A stretch of 64,000 bases of DNA from Geosiphon pyriformis uo1 (GCA_016748015.1 JAAOMT010000303.1:186001-250000), one strand, 5' to 3'; positions 38,801-52,460 are shown, counted from the stretch's first letter. Program-made: numbers and translations. Notes: generated by a model from the sequence alone, not told the origin.

Positions 38801-41800
38801 TCTTTTGTTATATTTTTGGGTTAAAATGTTTTTTAGATTTGTCTCATTCATGACAAACCATCAGCATTTCCATTGTTATTTCCTTTTTTATAATGTACTA
38901 TGAATGTATATAGTGATAGTGCTATTTTTCATCTTGTATGGCAATCATTTCCAAATTTTTGCTTTTGAATTAAAGTCAATTCTTTGTGATTAATGTATAC
39001 ATCAAACTTTTGACTCAAGTATTTTTTCCATTTGGTGACAGCCTAATAGATAGTTAAGTGTTCAAGTACTGGAGTTTCATAGTTTTTTTCAGCTGTACTT
39101 AAGCTTTTGCTAGTATATGCTACTGGGTGTTCTCTTCCATCTGAATCTCTTTGTGATAGTACTGCTCTTAATGCTTGGCTTGATGCATCAGTAGTAATAA
39201 TGAATGATTTGCTGTAATCTGGATACATCAATACTAAAGCTTGAATAAGCTTTCTTTTTAATGTATCAAAAGCTTTTTGCTGGTTTTCCGTCCATTTATA
39301 TTTGATGTTCTTTGATTGGAGCTGGTGTAATGGCTGAGCCAGTTTAGAAAAATTTTTGATAAAGTGATGATAGTATCTGGCAAATCCCAAGAATGCTTTT
39401 AGTTCTGTTAAGTTGGTTGGTACTGAAAAGTTTTTGACTATTTCAATCTTGTTTAGATTTATTTTGATACTGTCTTTGCTTACAACATGTCCCAAAAACT
39501 TGAGTTTAAAAACATTTGGTTGTATTTAACTTTAATCTGGCTCTTCTTAGTCTTTTAAACACTTGTTGAAGATAATGCAAATGATCATTGAATGTTTTTA
39601 AGAACACATTGGTATCATTCAAGTATATGACTACTAATTTTCATAGCAGTCCAGTATAGACAATTTTTATTAGCTGTTAAAATATGACTGGAGCATTCAT
39701 CAAGCCAAATGGCATTATTTTAAATTCAAAGTTTCTTTTCTAAGTTGTAAAAGCCGTTTTTTTTTTGTCTTCTGGTTTCATGGCTACTTGTCAATAACTG
39801 CTGTTTAAGTCTAAAGTTGAGAACCATTTTTTTTCTCCAAAAGCGTCGAATAGTTTTTGAATTTTTGAAGTCAAGTAGTTATTACCTTTGATTATTTTAT
39901 TCAATTTTCAGTAATCTACACAAAAGCATATTTTTCTATTCTTCTTATGAACTAGTACTATTGGTAATAATCATGGACTTATTGATGATTGAATTAACCC
40001 ATTGTTAAGCATTTGATTGATTTTTTGATGAATAATCTCATAACTGGCTGGTGGTATTCTGTATGCTCTTTGTTTAATTGGCATTGTATCTCCAGTCTTG
40101 ATTTGATGTTAAATGATGTCAGTTTTGCCAAATTTATTTTTGCTGGTCAAAATGTTATTGAAATTGTTGAGCAACATTTTGAGCTGCATATATTGTAGTG
40201 GATCTAAGTTTCCTATGTTTATTTGTTCCAATTGTTTTGGTTGGAGCAAATAATATTTATTTCATCCATATATTGTTTGTGATGTAATATCCATATATCT
40301 GCAAAGTTGTGGAAAGTCTGAAATAGTGCTTGGTGGTTAATCTTCGACTTTAGTGCTTAAGTATCCAATTATAATTCCTCCTGATATCTTGATGACATTT
40401 CCAGTTGTATTGTAGATGAAAATTTTTATGTGTTTTGGGTTTTTGGCTGGTATGTAAAAATTGGTGAGTCTAATTTTTCCTGATTTACAAATGGTTGTTT
40501 CTGCTTCAAACATCTGAGCCTGATTTTTCACTTTCTTTTCTATAGCTAACATGTACTGGTCATATGGTGGAATGAAAATTGATTGACGGGTGAAGATAAT
40601 TTCTCTTTTGTCAATAACTTTTTCCTCCACATTTATTCTATCTATAGATCTGAATCCTTGTATCCTTCTAGCTGTAATTTCTAATTCTTTCCTGTTTCCC
40701 ACTGATACTAGTTAAGCTATTTTAACCAGAGGCAGGAATATTGCCTGTGCTATTTTTTTATTTAGCTCTATGATATAGGCTTTTTCTGAGTCATTTTGTA
40801 ATATTGCAATGATATTTCCCATATATTCTGTGTCAATTATTCCTCCTTTAATATTAATTTCCTTTTTCACTAAACTACTCCTAAATGTTAATTGAACTAT
40901 TGTTGTTGCTGGAATTTCTAATGCTATTTTGAGATCAATGTATGTGCATAAATATGGTTCCAATTTGATGGCATCTTTTCCTGGATATCTCAAATCAAAT
41001 CCAACATTGATATTATGCACACATTCTGGCATAATACCTTCATTATTATCACTGAACCATTTAAGTTTCTGCTCCTTGGTGAGATCAGAAAGTATGATAA
41101 ATGTTTTGGGGTTTGAATTGGAGTTCAAATTGTTGCTATTTTTGTTGCTATTTTGAGCGAAGCTGGAATTATTGTTTTTGTCATCATTGTTGTCAGAGTT
41201 TGAATCGAAATTGAAAATTGATTCCAATTCTAATGTGCAACTGCTGATTGGTTTTTCTTCTTCTGAAATCGTGTAGATCATGTGTAGTAGTGGATTGTAA
41301 ATGAGGTCACACTCATTACAATATTGAAAGTCACATGGAATTAAGCAGTGTTGACACAGTCAAGTGTTCAGCTGCTCTAAATATTGCTCTTGCTCTTTTC
41401 TTATAGGTGTTAGATTTGGTAGTGTTTATAGAATTCTTCTAGGCCTGCTTCAAGGTCTAGAAAAGCATCTTGATTAGGGATCAAAATGATGTTGACTGGT
41501 TTAGGTGGGTTATTTTTAATGTCTAGGATTTTACTGGACAAAATGCCTTTAACTTTGGCAGTTGTCATTCACCAGATTTTATCTTTGTTATGCAGGTAGC
41601 CATCCAAGTGAGAGATTGCTTGGTGTCAGATAGCAGTTATTGGCATATCACAACTTATCCAATTATTGATGAGAATTATGTATTGGCACAAAGTATTACA
41701 CATTTCTCTTTAACCAGGAATGTTATTCCACATTTCTTTGTCGAGCAATTGTTCTCTACAAGCAAGACATGGTTTGTTGCTTCACTTGTCTTGTCTTTTT

Positions 41801-44800
41801 GGGTAGCTGTAGTGTTCATGGTAGCAAGGCTTACAATAATAATGAGTTTTAGTCCAATGGTCTTTGTTTGGTGCAATCCATGCTCCCATAGAAGAGAGTT
41901 TTTTGTTACAGTTCTTACATTTTAGGAGAAATATATGGTGGTTGTAATAGTGGCTTGTGAATGGAGTATAAACTTGTCCAGCCACTAGTTATTTTTTTGC
42001 TGGCATTAGCTTTTTCTGGTGCATCTTTTTTTTTTCTTTTTCTTTTCAGCTTAGTATCAGTAATAACTTGCTTTGGTTGTCATTGTTCCAGATATTTAAA
42101 TCATCTTCCCAGGTATGTTTTTCTTTCTCTCCTTTCCCTTTGTCATTCCATGAGAGTATGAACAGCAGCTCATTGTGGTTGTCTTCAGTTCATGACACTT
42201 GATAGGCTTCTTAAATAGGTTTTTTCTCTTCTTTTTCGAATTCGATAAGTGGTGCTGGCATGTTGGTAGTCTTGAAATGGCCACACATGACTGGTACATG
42301 TGTGTATTAACTGTTCTGGCTAAGTTGAAGCTCCTGTGTGTTCCAATCAAGCATTGTGTTGGTTTTGGACAGCCAATTATTACCAACAAATGCTTGGTAT
42401 TGAGTGGCTTCTATAATTAATATCTTGATTGACACAATGATGTCATTGACTTTTATAGGGAAGTCATTAATCTTACTGATTGGAGTTTTGGTCACTCTAT
42501 CAGCAGTAATAATTCATGCACTGACAGCTTGATCAACTCAACAACCTAATTGGTTCATAAGTTGTCTTGTGATGATGCTGCCAGCTAATCTACTGTCTAA
42601 GATTAGTTTAATGGGGTGGCTATTAACTTTGGCATTTATGTAGATGGTGATGATGGGTTTTTCTTCAAGAGTGGCTCTACTAAATAATGGCATGGCTAAC
42701 AATTCCTCAAGTTCAAATGAGAAGATGGCATCCAGTGATTCATTTTTGGTGATAGTAGTTGGTGAAATATTGTTAGTAGGTATTGGAGTGTGATTGGTTT
42801 CCTGGTTGCTGAATGAAACATTTTCTGGGGTTATTAAAAGACTTAAATAGTTCTGAAAATTCGGGTTTTAAGTATACACAGCTCCCAAACTCCACTGGCA
42901 TGATCTTGATAGGTGATTTGATGAACTGGAGATCAGTTAGTAAACCACTATCACCAATCTCTAATTTTGGACAATTCTGGATCTGGGGTTTTTTGATGTT
43001 ATCTGAGTGAAATTTTTGGGTGATGTTTGAAGTTGCTGTGGTTGATAAATTACTGGTGGCTGTGGTTAATATATTACTTATGGCTGTGGTTGATAAACTG
43101 GAGGTTGATATATGAGTGGTTGATATATTGACTGCTGCATTATTGGCAGGTAAGTTGGCTGATATTGGTCTTAATTTGAGTAATAATTTGGAGTTTGAAC
43201 TCTGCGATTGGGGTTTCAGTATTGATTTCCTGAATATGGATTACTATAAAAATGGCAGTTAGCTTTAATGTGATCTTGTTTACCACAGTTGTGACAAACT
43301 TGTGTCTCTGGCTATCACAGCTAATTGGATAATAATAATAGATGCGACTGATTTTGGAAATAATTTGCATTTCCTGAATTATTGCATTATTGTGGTGGTT
43401 GATAAATTGCACAATTGTTAGCTAAGTATTCCTCAATTTTCTGATTGATTTAATTACTGAATTGCTTTAGTTTGGAATCCAAGTTAGATAATCTATTTAT
43501 TATTAGATTTACAGCTTGGACATAATTAGCTTCTAATTCAGCTGATTCAAAATCTCTGGCACGTGTGACTGTGTCTTGTAGATTGACTGAATGTAGTGGC
43601 CATATGTGTTATAGGATGCTACTGTGTAATCCACAAATAAACTGATTCAAGATCTGGACTACAGTAAAATAATCAGTGTCGATGGCTTGTATTTAGTGCA
43701 GATTCCAGTAGAAGCATCCCAAGTAAGTGGTAACTGCTTCAGTGTTTTCTTGTTTAATTGTGATAAAAGTGTTGGCTAGGCAGTTAATGCTATTGCTGTT
43801 ACTAAAATATCTTAAAAATTCCAATTTAAATGCATCAAATGTTTGGGATTTTTGAGCTAAGCTATAATACCATGAGTTGGCAGCATCCTAAAGAAAATAG
43901 GAGATTGCTTGAAGGGCTCTGGTGTTATCCCAGTTATTGACAGTAATGGCTTTGGTGACATCATTGATCTATGTTTGGACATCATTCTCTTCACCAGAAA
44001 ATTTTTCCAGCTTTGCAATAAGTGTGTATGCTATTTGTGTGATCAGTTGTTAGTGTAGTGGTTAAAGTTGTTGTTGTGGCTGTTAAAGTGGCTGCTGGAG
44101 TTGTTGAGATGATTAAAGTGGTTATTGAATAGATTGCTGAAGTGGCTGTTGTTAAATTGATTCAATAATTGGTTCAATTGGTGGCTAATTGATAATGATT
44201 ACTGAAGATAAGTTTTGCTAATTAATTATTTCAGGGTTTGAATTGTTTTGAGTTTGCTGAGTTTGAATGTTCAGAGTTTCAACTTCCAAATTTTCTAGAA
44301 TTGGGTTTTGGTAAGTAAATTCCTGATCCTGATATTCTTCTTCTTCTTTTTCTTCTGGTCCCATTACTTCTTATAGATTAGCTGTTCCAAAGTCTGGTGG
44401 AGGTGGTGATGATCGAAGTCCTGATGGCATTGGTAATCACAATTTAAATCCTTCAAAATATTCACTGTATGGTCCTAATAACTCTGCTCTTCTTTGTTTA
44501 CTTTGAAATGGGAATTGTTACAAGGTTGATGTCGCATTTAATATAGATGTGTCTACTAAGAAGATATTGATGGCACTTCCTGATGTATAATAATATAATA
44601 GATTGGTTGGTAATTCAACTCTGGTTTTTTTCTAAGTGGGTGGTTGTATTTTTTTGGGTGTTACTGCTGGTGTTTGCAATTTTTTTTTGCCTTTGTCTGC
44701 ATAGATAATAAGAAATTGTTGTTGGGTGTATCTTTCAATAGTTTGATTGATTTCCCTGATAATTGGTGTGAAACTGTAGTTTCTTGGTAAGCTGGTATGT

Positions 44801-45916
44801 TAGAACAATTCTGTATAGAAATTTTCTCTTGCAGATTCAATGTTAACTGTTTCTTCTAAGTAGGCTGTAATTTTATTGTTGTCATAAAAGTTAAAGACTG
44901 ATTCTGCTGGAAAATAGTTATTGTTTAATCCTAATTGTTGGCTGTACTGTTGAAAAAAGAATTTGGCAAATTCTAAATGGTTTGTTCCTATGATTTCTGA
45001 TTCTGCCACTTTGGATAATTGTTGTTAATGCTGGTTCTTTGTAGGATTATGCTTCACAGAGAGCACCAAATGTTACAGGTAATTATTTGGGGTCTCAAAT
45101 CAAATAACAAAACCCATAACTTGGTACTTAGAAGCTATTTGCAATGATGGTAATCTGAAGGTATTGTTATCTAAAGGTTTTGGTTGAGTCTTTTGTATAA
45201 TAAACAGAAATTCAATAGTTGTTTATCCATAGCTTTTCAGAATTGCAATTCTGTTAATTTCTTTCTTCAACTTGATGGCCAGTACTCCTTTAGTAAGTAA
45301 TCTATAATTCCTTTACATGCTCTATTCACTTGCAGAGATCTTTTACCAGGCAATTCTTGACATTAATAATTCAGTGCTTAATCTTTAATCAATTAGTAAA
45401 CAACAAAAAAAAATAACAAAAGAAAATAAAATAAAATAAAAAAATAAGCCAAGATAATAAATGTTAGTATCCCATTAATAGCCATGATTAAGAGCTATTG
45501 TTCCAGTGTGGTTAAGTATTAATTACTATCAACATGAAGTGTTGATAGTGAAGAGTAGATTTGAGATAGTAAATAATTATTTATTTGATATTTGTGATGT
45601 AGAAAATTGCTTAGATCAAATCTAAACTGAGAGATCTGTCTTTTTCTACTTCTAATGTTACCAATATATATATATAATTGAGATTCCTCAATTCTTTAAT
45701 TCTTCACACCAGAAATTCTGGGATTTCTGGAATCTTGCAATTCTTTTAAAAGGAATTCTGGAATTCTGGAATCCTGTAATTCTTTGTATGAGAATTCTGA
45801 AATCCTTGGAATTCTACAATTTTTTTAAAAGGAATCCTGAAATTCCACATTTACTATAGCTATTTCTGATTGGCTAATTTATGTGCTAATATACTTCTTA
45901 TATTCTATGAGTAACA
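35893..45916 (-). mobile_element. Full-length decayed Ty3/gypsy element A4 (10024 bp)
   Basis: LTRs 35893-36746 and 45071-45916; TSD CCAG (35889-35892) and CTAG (45917-45920); PBS 45052-45068. Gag from 45009, protease ~42600, dUTPase ~40640-41060, RT IYLNDT ~39620, RNase H 38833-39300, integrase ~37470-38801, ORF3 36761-37390. Confidence 0.93.
45052..45068 (-). promoter_or_regulatory. Primer-binding site TGGTGCTCTCTGTGAAG (elongator tRNA-Met-like)
   Basis: Lies 2 nt after the LTR. It is complementary to a tRNA ending ...TCACAGAGAGCACCA, which resembles eukaryotic elongator tRNA-Met 3' ends rather than initiator tRNA-Met (PBS TGGTA...). Confidence 0.65.
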
Positions 45917-46581
45917 CTAGGCTATTACGAAATCTATTCTCAGACAGTCAATTTTTCTATGTTGTCACTCCACAAGAGAAAAATAAAAAAAATAAAAAAA
46001 AATAAAAGAAAATAAAAAAACATAAAGAAATAAAAAAAATAAAATAAAAAATAAGTATTTTGTCAATAGTTATAATTAAAAACTATTGTGCCAGTAGGTT
46101 AAGTAGTAGATAATAACATGAATTTAAAGAATTAAAGAAATATTTTATTGATATAATTCTATTTTGGTTAATAGCAACTATTCTTGAAAGAATAAGTATT
46201 TAATAATTATGACCTATAAATCTAATTGACTTTGAGAGTCTAATTGACTTCTGAAAGTTTAATTTTCTTTCTGAATGTCTTTCTAATTTCTATAACTACT
46301 CATTTTTATACATTTTTTTTTGTTCTATAAGATTGTTTCTGATTGCTTTGTTATTTCTATTATTGCTTTATTTTCTATATTATTGCTAGTTATACTATAT
46401 TATAATATATTATCTGGTATTATTACATGTTATTTTGTGTTATTTCATGTTATAATGTGTTATCTTATATTATTCTAAGTTATAATGTGTTATCTAATAT
46501 TATTGTGTGCTATTCTGTGTTATGTCATATTTTGTTCACATTTTTTCATAACTTTGGATCAGTTTTTCTATTCGAGTAACA

Positions 46582-48064
46582 ATATTTTGAGAGCTTTGGG
46601 AGGAGGAGACAGAGAAATTTTGCAGTTTACAGCCAAATAGCCCACTTTTTGATACCTAAAACAGTGTTAACAACCAGGGGTTTCCTACCAAATACAGCAC
46701 TTTCTTAAGGTACTAGTTTTGACAACTGCAGAATTCAAATTAACTTGGAAACTAAATATAATCAGAGCAAACCAGGAATGACAACCAGAATCAGGCAAAC
46801 AAGAAATGAAACAAGTTTGGTTACCAATCTAAGAGATCATATCACTAATTTCAAAGACAATACAACTAGAAGGGAAATTAACCAACTTGGCCTTGAACTG
46901 ATCATGAAATAAAATTGTCTCATTTTAATTAATAAGGAAAAGAATATGAATACTATTTTTGTCCACCAAAATTGACCAGTAAGTAAAAGCAGAAAGTAAA
47001 CAACCACATATTGTCAAACACCAGTAGGCTTCAGCATAACACAAGAAACTTTACCAAAAACACCAAGAGTTAACTTAATATTAACAGCAGATACACCCAA
47101 AGACACATCATATAGCACAACAGCAGTAGAAAAAAAATTAAACTCAAAAACCACCAAAGACTTGGCAATTTTAAGAGTAACAAGGCAAACAAAGCTTGTG
47201 AATTCAACCAGAAATACAGCATTTAGAGAACTTTGGGAAGCAAACTCCACACAAAAGAGTTTTACATTGTCTTTGAAACAAACTTTGCATCTAAAAAACC
47301 ATGTATAGACTAAAAAACAGTCTTAACATGAACCAATTTAATCTTGAAAGTAGGATCAAAGTGGAGACCACCCATTCAACAAACTTTTGATGACCAGTAA
47401 TGGTCTTTCAAACACCATCAGTAACAGTACCAGAAACCAGAAAAGATAATTTAGTTTCCATCTGATTAGCTCAGTTTCCAAGAACAAGTAATTCAACAAG
47501 AAATAATTGTTTTGCTTTTAGAACTGATAATGATCTGCCAAAAGACATTATATTTGGCAATACAACTAGTGATTGATCTTGGCCTATCTTGGATGATGTG
47601 TTAAATGAAACAATAGAAATCTCATCCAAGATCTCAGTTGAAACCACAAAAGAGTTTGGTATAACAATAGCAAAGGCAAGCAACTGCTTCTACTTTTCTG
47701 AACTTTTGGTCTTTTTGACCATTTTTTTTGAAAAAGAAGTGCTGGCAGCATCTGGTGTTGAAGCTATAATAGGAAAGACCAGCTTGTTAACTGGTCTGTT
47801 ATTAAAAACTTTTAGACTCTTGGAAAGAGTGGAAACAATACTAAAACTAATCCAGGTGTGTCTCTTTAAAGAAAACTTAACTGGTGAAAGACCAACTAAA
47901 GATGAAGAAGTTGCTTCAATAGCTATCAAAGACAGCTTTTTTTGATTACTGGATAAAGAAAAGGCTTCTACAACAGAAAGAACTCCTCTGGTTGAAATTT
48001 TATTAGATATTTTAGAGAAAATATTAGGTACAGCTTTTTTATTTTTTGCTCTGGTTATGGTTAT
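46582..48064 (-). mobile_element. Decayed LINE ORF1 (gag-like) fragment with CCHC knuckle, truncated by the LTR ending at 46581
   Basis: ORFs 47014-47250, 47471-47683 and 47690-47929. The knuckle remnant HCFRYQKVGYLAVNCK lies at ~46620-46668. It is not related to the LTR-element gags in this window. Confidence 0.6.
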
Positions 48065-49323
48065 AAAATTAAGAAGACAAAGAGCAATTTTATTTTTTTA
48101 TTTTTTTTTTGGCTTAATTTTGTTATTGTAATAATTTTTTTAAAAAATATTGTAGATTTACATTTAAATTAAATGTTTTAAGCAATTGCTATTTAGTTTT
48201 AATTATAATTTTTTTTAGATATAACAATTTATTTTAAAAAATTTGTAATTAGTTTAAATTTTTTAGTTTAATTGTTAATTTAAATAAATTTTGAATATTT
48301 TTTTAAAAATTTCAATTTAATAAATAAGTGTTTAATTCAAAAATAAAAATAATTAATTTTCAAATATAAAAAACTCTAATATAATTCAATATAATAAATA
48401 ATTTTATAAATTTAACTACTATAAAAATAGTTTATATTTAAATATATAAAATAATATTTTTATTAAAATTATTATTTAAGTATTTAAAAATTTAATATTT
48501 TTAATTGTTTAACAGCAAGTAAAAATAATTTTATTTATAAAAATAATGATAATAAAAAATTTTGATAAAAAATCTGAAAAATTGGTAAATACAAAAAAGT
48601 TTTTAATTAATATAAGAAATATAATAAATATAAAAACATAAATAAATTAAATTAAAAAATACTTTGCTTTAATTTTAATTTAAATATTTATTTTCTAATT
48701 TTAATAATTAGATTTATTTTTAAGTAAGTTTTATTTTAATATATAATTTTAAAAAAAGTATTTTAGTTTGGAATTTTTATTTTTTAAATAGTCTTAATTA
48801 AATTATTATTTTTTGATAATAATAAGATCAATAAAATTAAATATAAACTCATTTTAAAAATATTGACGAATAATTTCAATTAAGCAATATAATGAATTCA
48901 AACAAAAAATAAATATTTTTTATTAACAAAATATAATTAAAGATTTCATTGTTTTGAAAATAAAAAAATAAACCATAACAAAGTTAATTTAGTTAGAGTT
49001 GATAAAAATATGGTCAATAAAAAAGAAATAAAGTTTCATGTATTACAAATTTGAAATTCACATAAGAAATATTCTTTAATTTTAGGCAAGCCAATGTTTT
49101 TTTAACGTAATTTTTAAAACAACATAAATTATTGGCTAGACTTAAAATTGGATTTGGTAATGTAGTGCTATTGTTCGACAATGGTTACATCTTATTTATC
49201 AATGATTAATAGACAAGGTCCCCAAATTCAACTTCAACTTTCACTCTTGTCTAAAATCAAACTCTATATTCAAATCAGGCTTCTGCTTTTGGTTTTCTTA
49301 CCGGAAAAAACCTGCCTCCAAAA

Positions 49324-50053
49324 ATGCGCCTCATCACTCACAATATGCTTCAATGTCATGTGAAAGGTTGCAACACCAATAATTTCCCCCTAAATCTCTC
49401 AGAAGCCGAAGTTGAGATACAAGAAACGGAGTTCAACGCTCAGTTTTTGAGGAACATGTTGCCGAAACTTGAATGGAGTGCTCTGGTACGAACGGCAGTT
49501 CAGGTTTGTACTTGTTTTGGATTTTTTGAATCGAGGCTAAAAAGGTCGACGAAAATTGAGAAAACGAATATGGAAATGAACATGGTCGTTTTAAAAATTT
49601 TTATGTCGACAACTTGATAAAAATTTCGACTTTGTCACCAAACTGTAAATTCCTTACAGCTAGGAATCACAAATCTTCCACAAGTTGTGCCCAACACAGC
49701 CGGCCAAGATCTCGAAGATCTTTTTCTCAGAAATCTTCACCATGTGTTGCTTGAGGTAAGGCCTATCAGTACAAATTGAAAATTTCTTTGAGCGCGTTCA
49801 TTTTACTGATCTATAATTTTGAATTAATTGGTTTTTCTTGATCTAATCCAAATTTATCCTTTCTTCCCCTTTTCGATTATATCTACCTAATTACTCATTA
49901 TGATAAATTCTCTTATATTCATAATAATCTTTTCGCAACTTGACGTTAAAGACGCATATTCAACAAGGGAAAATGACATGTCCAAATTGTTCTCATGTTT
50001 ATCCCATCAAAGATGGTATACCCAACATGTTGTTGAATGAGAATGAAATATGA
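49324..50053 (+). CDS. TRM112: Methyltransferase activator Trm112, 125 aa; join(49324..49503,49660..49755,49952..50053)
   Basis: MRLITHNMLQCHVKGCNTNNFPL...FLRNMLPKLEWSAL / LGITNLP...FLRNLHHVLLE / THIQQGKMTCPNCSHVYPIKDGIPNMLLNENEI*. Two phase-0 GT-AG introns. Confidence 0.96.
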
Positions 50054-50293
50054 TTTATGGTATCATTTTTTACATTTAAACAATATAATGATCTTAACTA
50101 GCATGATATTTCAAAATTTTCTATACTACTGTATCCTACTACTTGCTAACCTTCCCTTACCCTATAGATTTTAACATAGAATAATAATTGATATAAATTG
50201 ATATAAATTATTCTTATGGTAACAGAATAATGGTAAAATATTAAAAGCTAGGTTTTCAAAATCCTGAATTGTAGGTGCAGCGTTAAATGGGGT

Positions 50294-50830
50294 ATGTCAA
50301 CGATTGAATGGCAAAACCTTCTTTACTGGTCACACAAGCAAGTTTTAAAGTATAGGCAAGGAAAGATCGCCACTAAGACATCTCCATCTGGGACTCTACG
50401 ATATCTTTCCTTTTTCCAAACTACCCAAAATGCACCCACTACCACCTCTACCGAGAAAGGTTACCTCTATGCCAAGCAAAAGAAGGATCTCGGGCGACAA
50501 AAGCTCCTCCTTTGTCGGTATCTAACCTACAAACTTCTCAGCGATCTCGGCACAGTACTTGAGACCCTATTAGAACGGGAAGGTCGCGAAGTGGTCTCAG
50601 AAGTTTTGATTACCCGTCGTGACCGTCTCTGCTGCTCTGTCTTCGACCTCCTCCAATACCTCTTCCCTCCATTCTGCAGAACTCATGGTTCTCTTTGGCG
50701 AGGAAACCTCCAACGGGTACGAACTTTCTTACTATCAACACTGCCTTCGGGTGCAGAATACAAGGACGTCAAGACGAAAACCAGGGAAGGATTCAGGTGT
50801 ATCCCAACCATCCTCAGAAGCAGCTTTTGA
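50294..50830 (+). pseudogene. tnpA: IS607-type serine recombinase (TnpA) remnant
   Basis: QGKIATKTSPSGTLRY resembles the wHTH wing. GYLYA-KQKKDLGRQ has the catalytic RVSS deleted. It continues YKLLSDLG...LETLLER and EVLITRRDRLCCSVFDLLQYLF (consensus V.V...DRL.RF.FDL), then ELMVLFGEETSNGYELS in a shifted frame. Confidence 0.85.
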
Positions 50831-52460
50831 AGTGAGGCATGGGGTTAGCGGGATAGTGTAATGGAGTGGAACGAAAGTGTTGTATTATGCTAAAGAAGCA
50901 AAATAGCCTTACGGAAAAGAAAAGCCTGAAGCCTATAAAAACGTCTTTTTCGGCAACGAACCCATCGTCCAACTCGGCATGCTCTAAGAGGTTGCTTAGG
51001 TTTGGCTCCTGCTAATGTCACTGATGAAGCCATCGGCAGTACGAAAAGATATTATTAGACTTAATACAAAGCGACAACAAGGTGCGCCGTACATTATCTA
51101 TCTTTCCAGTCACGTAAGTCATTGCATCACACTATAACGATTCCCGCTTAATACAATGTAAAAATTTTAATTTAGGGCATGATAGATCCATATTATAATA
51201 AGGTAATGACTTTGTCTGTTTTTGTATCTACAGAGTTTGAAGATGAAAATAAAAGGTATGTGTGATGACTTTATGCAGTTGGCAATGTGACGGGTAGAAT
51301 AAGTTCTCGGTATGGTAGTGCATCTCAGTCTGGGAGCTGATTGCCCCAAGGGTGGGGATTAAATCGGCATTTGCATGGAGACGTAATTATGATTATGTGA
51401 TCACAAACATTCTGAAAAATGTAGTTACTACATTTGGAGGGGTGTAATTTCCTCCGGACTTGTTGGCTTAACTGAGGATAAACGAAGCTACTTATTCTGT
51501 CGGTTACTCCTAACTGTTCAATTTTATTATTGGAAATTATTGGCAAACATCTGCATTGGATTCGAATCTAAGGTTTTGTTCCAACAATTTTTAACCACTT
51601 TTTAATCTTTATATGGTAAATCTCGGACATGGAAATCAATCCTGTGATATTTACATGATTGGTTACAACGGCATATATTATTGACATGCCAATCGACAAT
51701 CAACATGTAATGGAAAAAAAATAGAATTGCTTTTTTATAATAAGGATTAATGCGTTCTAGGGTTTTCCACTTCGAAAAAATAAGTAACCTTATCTACATA
51801 AGATTACATCTGACAGCAAACTTATATATTTTGACAAACCAACGAATGGAAGTTTTCTTGCTATGAGACTTCAAGACAATTACGCAAAATCCAAACAGAC
51901 AGCTTTACATGCAGTCTCTATTGATCCTGGCGTTCGCACACCTTTCATTTAATATTCCCTCGAAAGGCGGCAAAATAGGCTCCTGTTTCCTTGTGCAAGG
52001 ATATGGATGATCTCGTTTCGAAAAAATTCTAACTGGTTGTCTCTACTCAAAAGTATAAGAAACTTTGGACCCGGCAACTCAACAAAGCAGTCTCACACAT
52101 ACGACGAAGGATTGTGCATCTGCGGAATGATATCCGCAGAAAGAGGATCATATTTTCACTCGCAAGTTTAACGCAATTGTCATCCCGCCACTTGAGGTGA
52201 CAGACATGACGAATCGTAAGGCGAGAAAAATTACGGTGGACACATTACCGTTTTCATCAACCTCTGATCGTCAAGGCCGTATTGTCATCCAGAAATGAGG
52301 CTTATACTTCTCAGACTTGTAGCTGGTGTGGTAACATAAAAAAGCATGGGAGAGTCCTAATTGTACAATTGCCGGAATTGCAGGCTGTAATGAAAATGGC
52401 GTTCGAATATTTTCCACAGGGGATTGCTTGATGGAACCCTGAGGCTCACGCAGGAAATAG
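50788..52460 (+). pseudogene. Fanzor2/TnpB-like RNA-guided endonuclease remnant (stops, frameshifts, internal insert)
   Basis: Motifs in order: RIQVYPNHPQKQLLK*GMG (50788); SFQSRKSLHHTITIP (~51101-51145); RuvC-I AVSIDPGVRTPF (D at 51923); LCKDMDDLVSK...IRRRIVHLRNDIRRK; RuvC-II AIVIPPLEVTDMTNRKARKIT (E at 52194); WTHYRFHQPL; NEAYTSQTCSWCG (~52294-52332); YNCRNC (~52364-52381); NENGVRIF...GLLDG (RuvC-III, DRD damaged). Confidence 0.9.

Larger units (their letters stand above)
35657..46581 (-). mobile_element. Isolated LTR of a family A relative (~900 bp: 35657-35892 plus 45921-46581) split by element A4
   Basis: Begins tgttattag and ends ttctattcgagtaaca. The rejoined middle (cttttaccaggctatt...tttgtcaatagttataattaaaaactattgtgccag) parallels family A LTRs. 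~10-bp periodic repeats at 46380-46530. Confidence 0.65.

Noticed and set aside
4529-47945. Many short hydrophobic ORFs on the strand opposite gag/pol (e.g. 4638-4889, 5023-5304, 10562-11035, 22031-22399, 37091-37363, 47589-47945)
   Set aside because: They are antisense shadows of A/C-rich retroelement coding sequence, which yields Val/Leu/Phe-rich frames. Their boundaries are not conserved between copies, so they are not env or membrane genes.
49504-49617. ORF-track extension of TRM112 (VCTCFG...), the overlapping ORF 49181-49363, and similar run-ons in NCP1 ORFs
   Set aside because: These are read-through into introns or UTR; canonical splicing restores the conserved proteins.
50294-52460. 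Calling the Fanzor2/tnpA locus an active system
   Set aside because: The recombinase lacks its catalytic serine motif, and the nuclease has stops, frameshifts, an insert and a damaged third RuvC motif.
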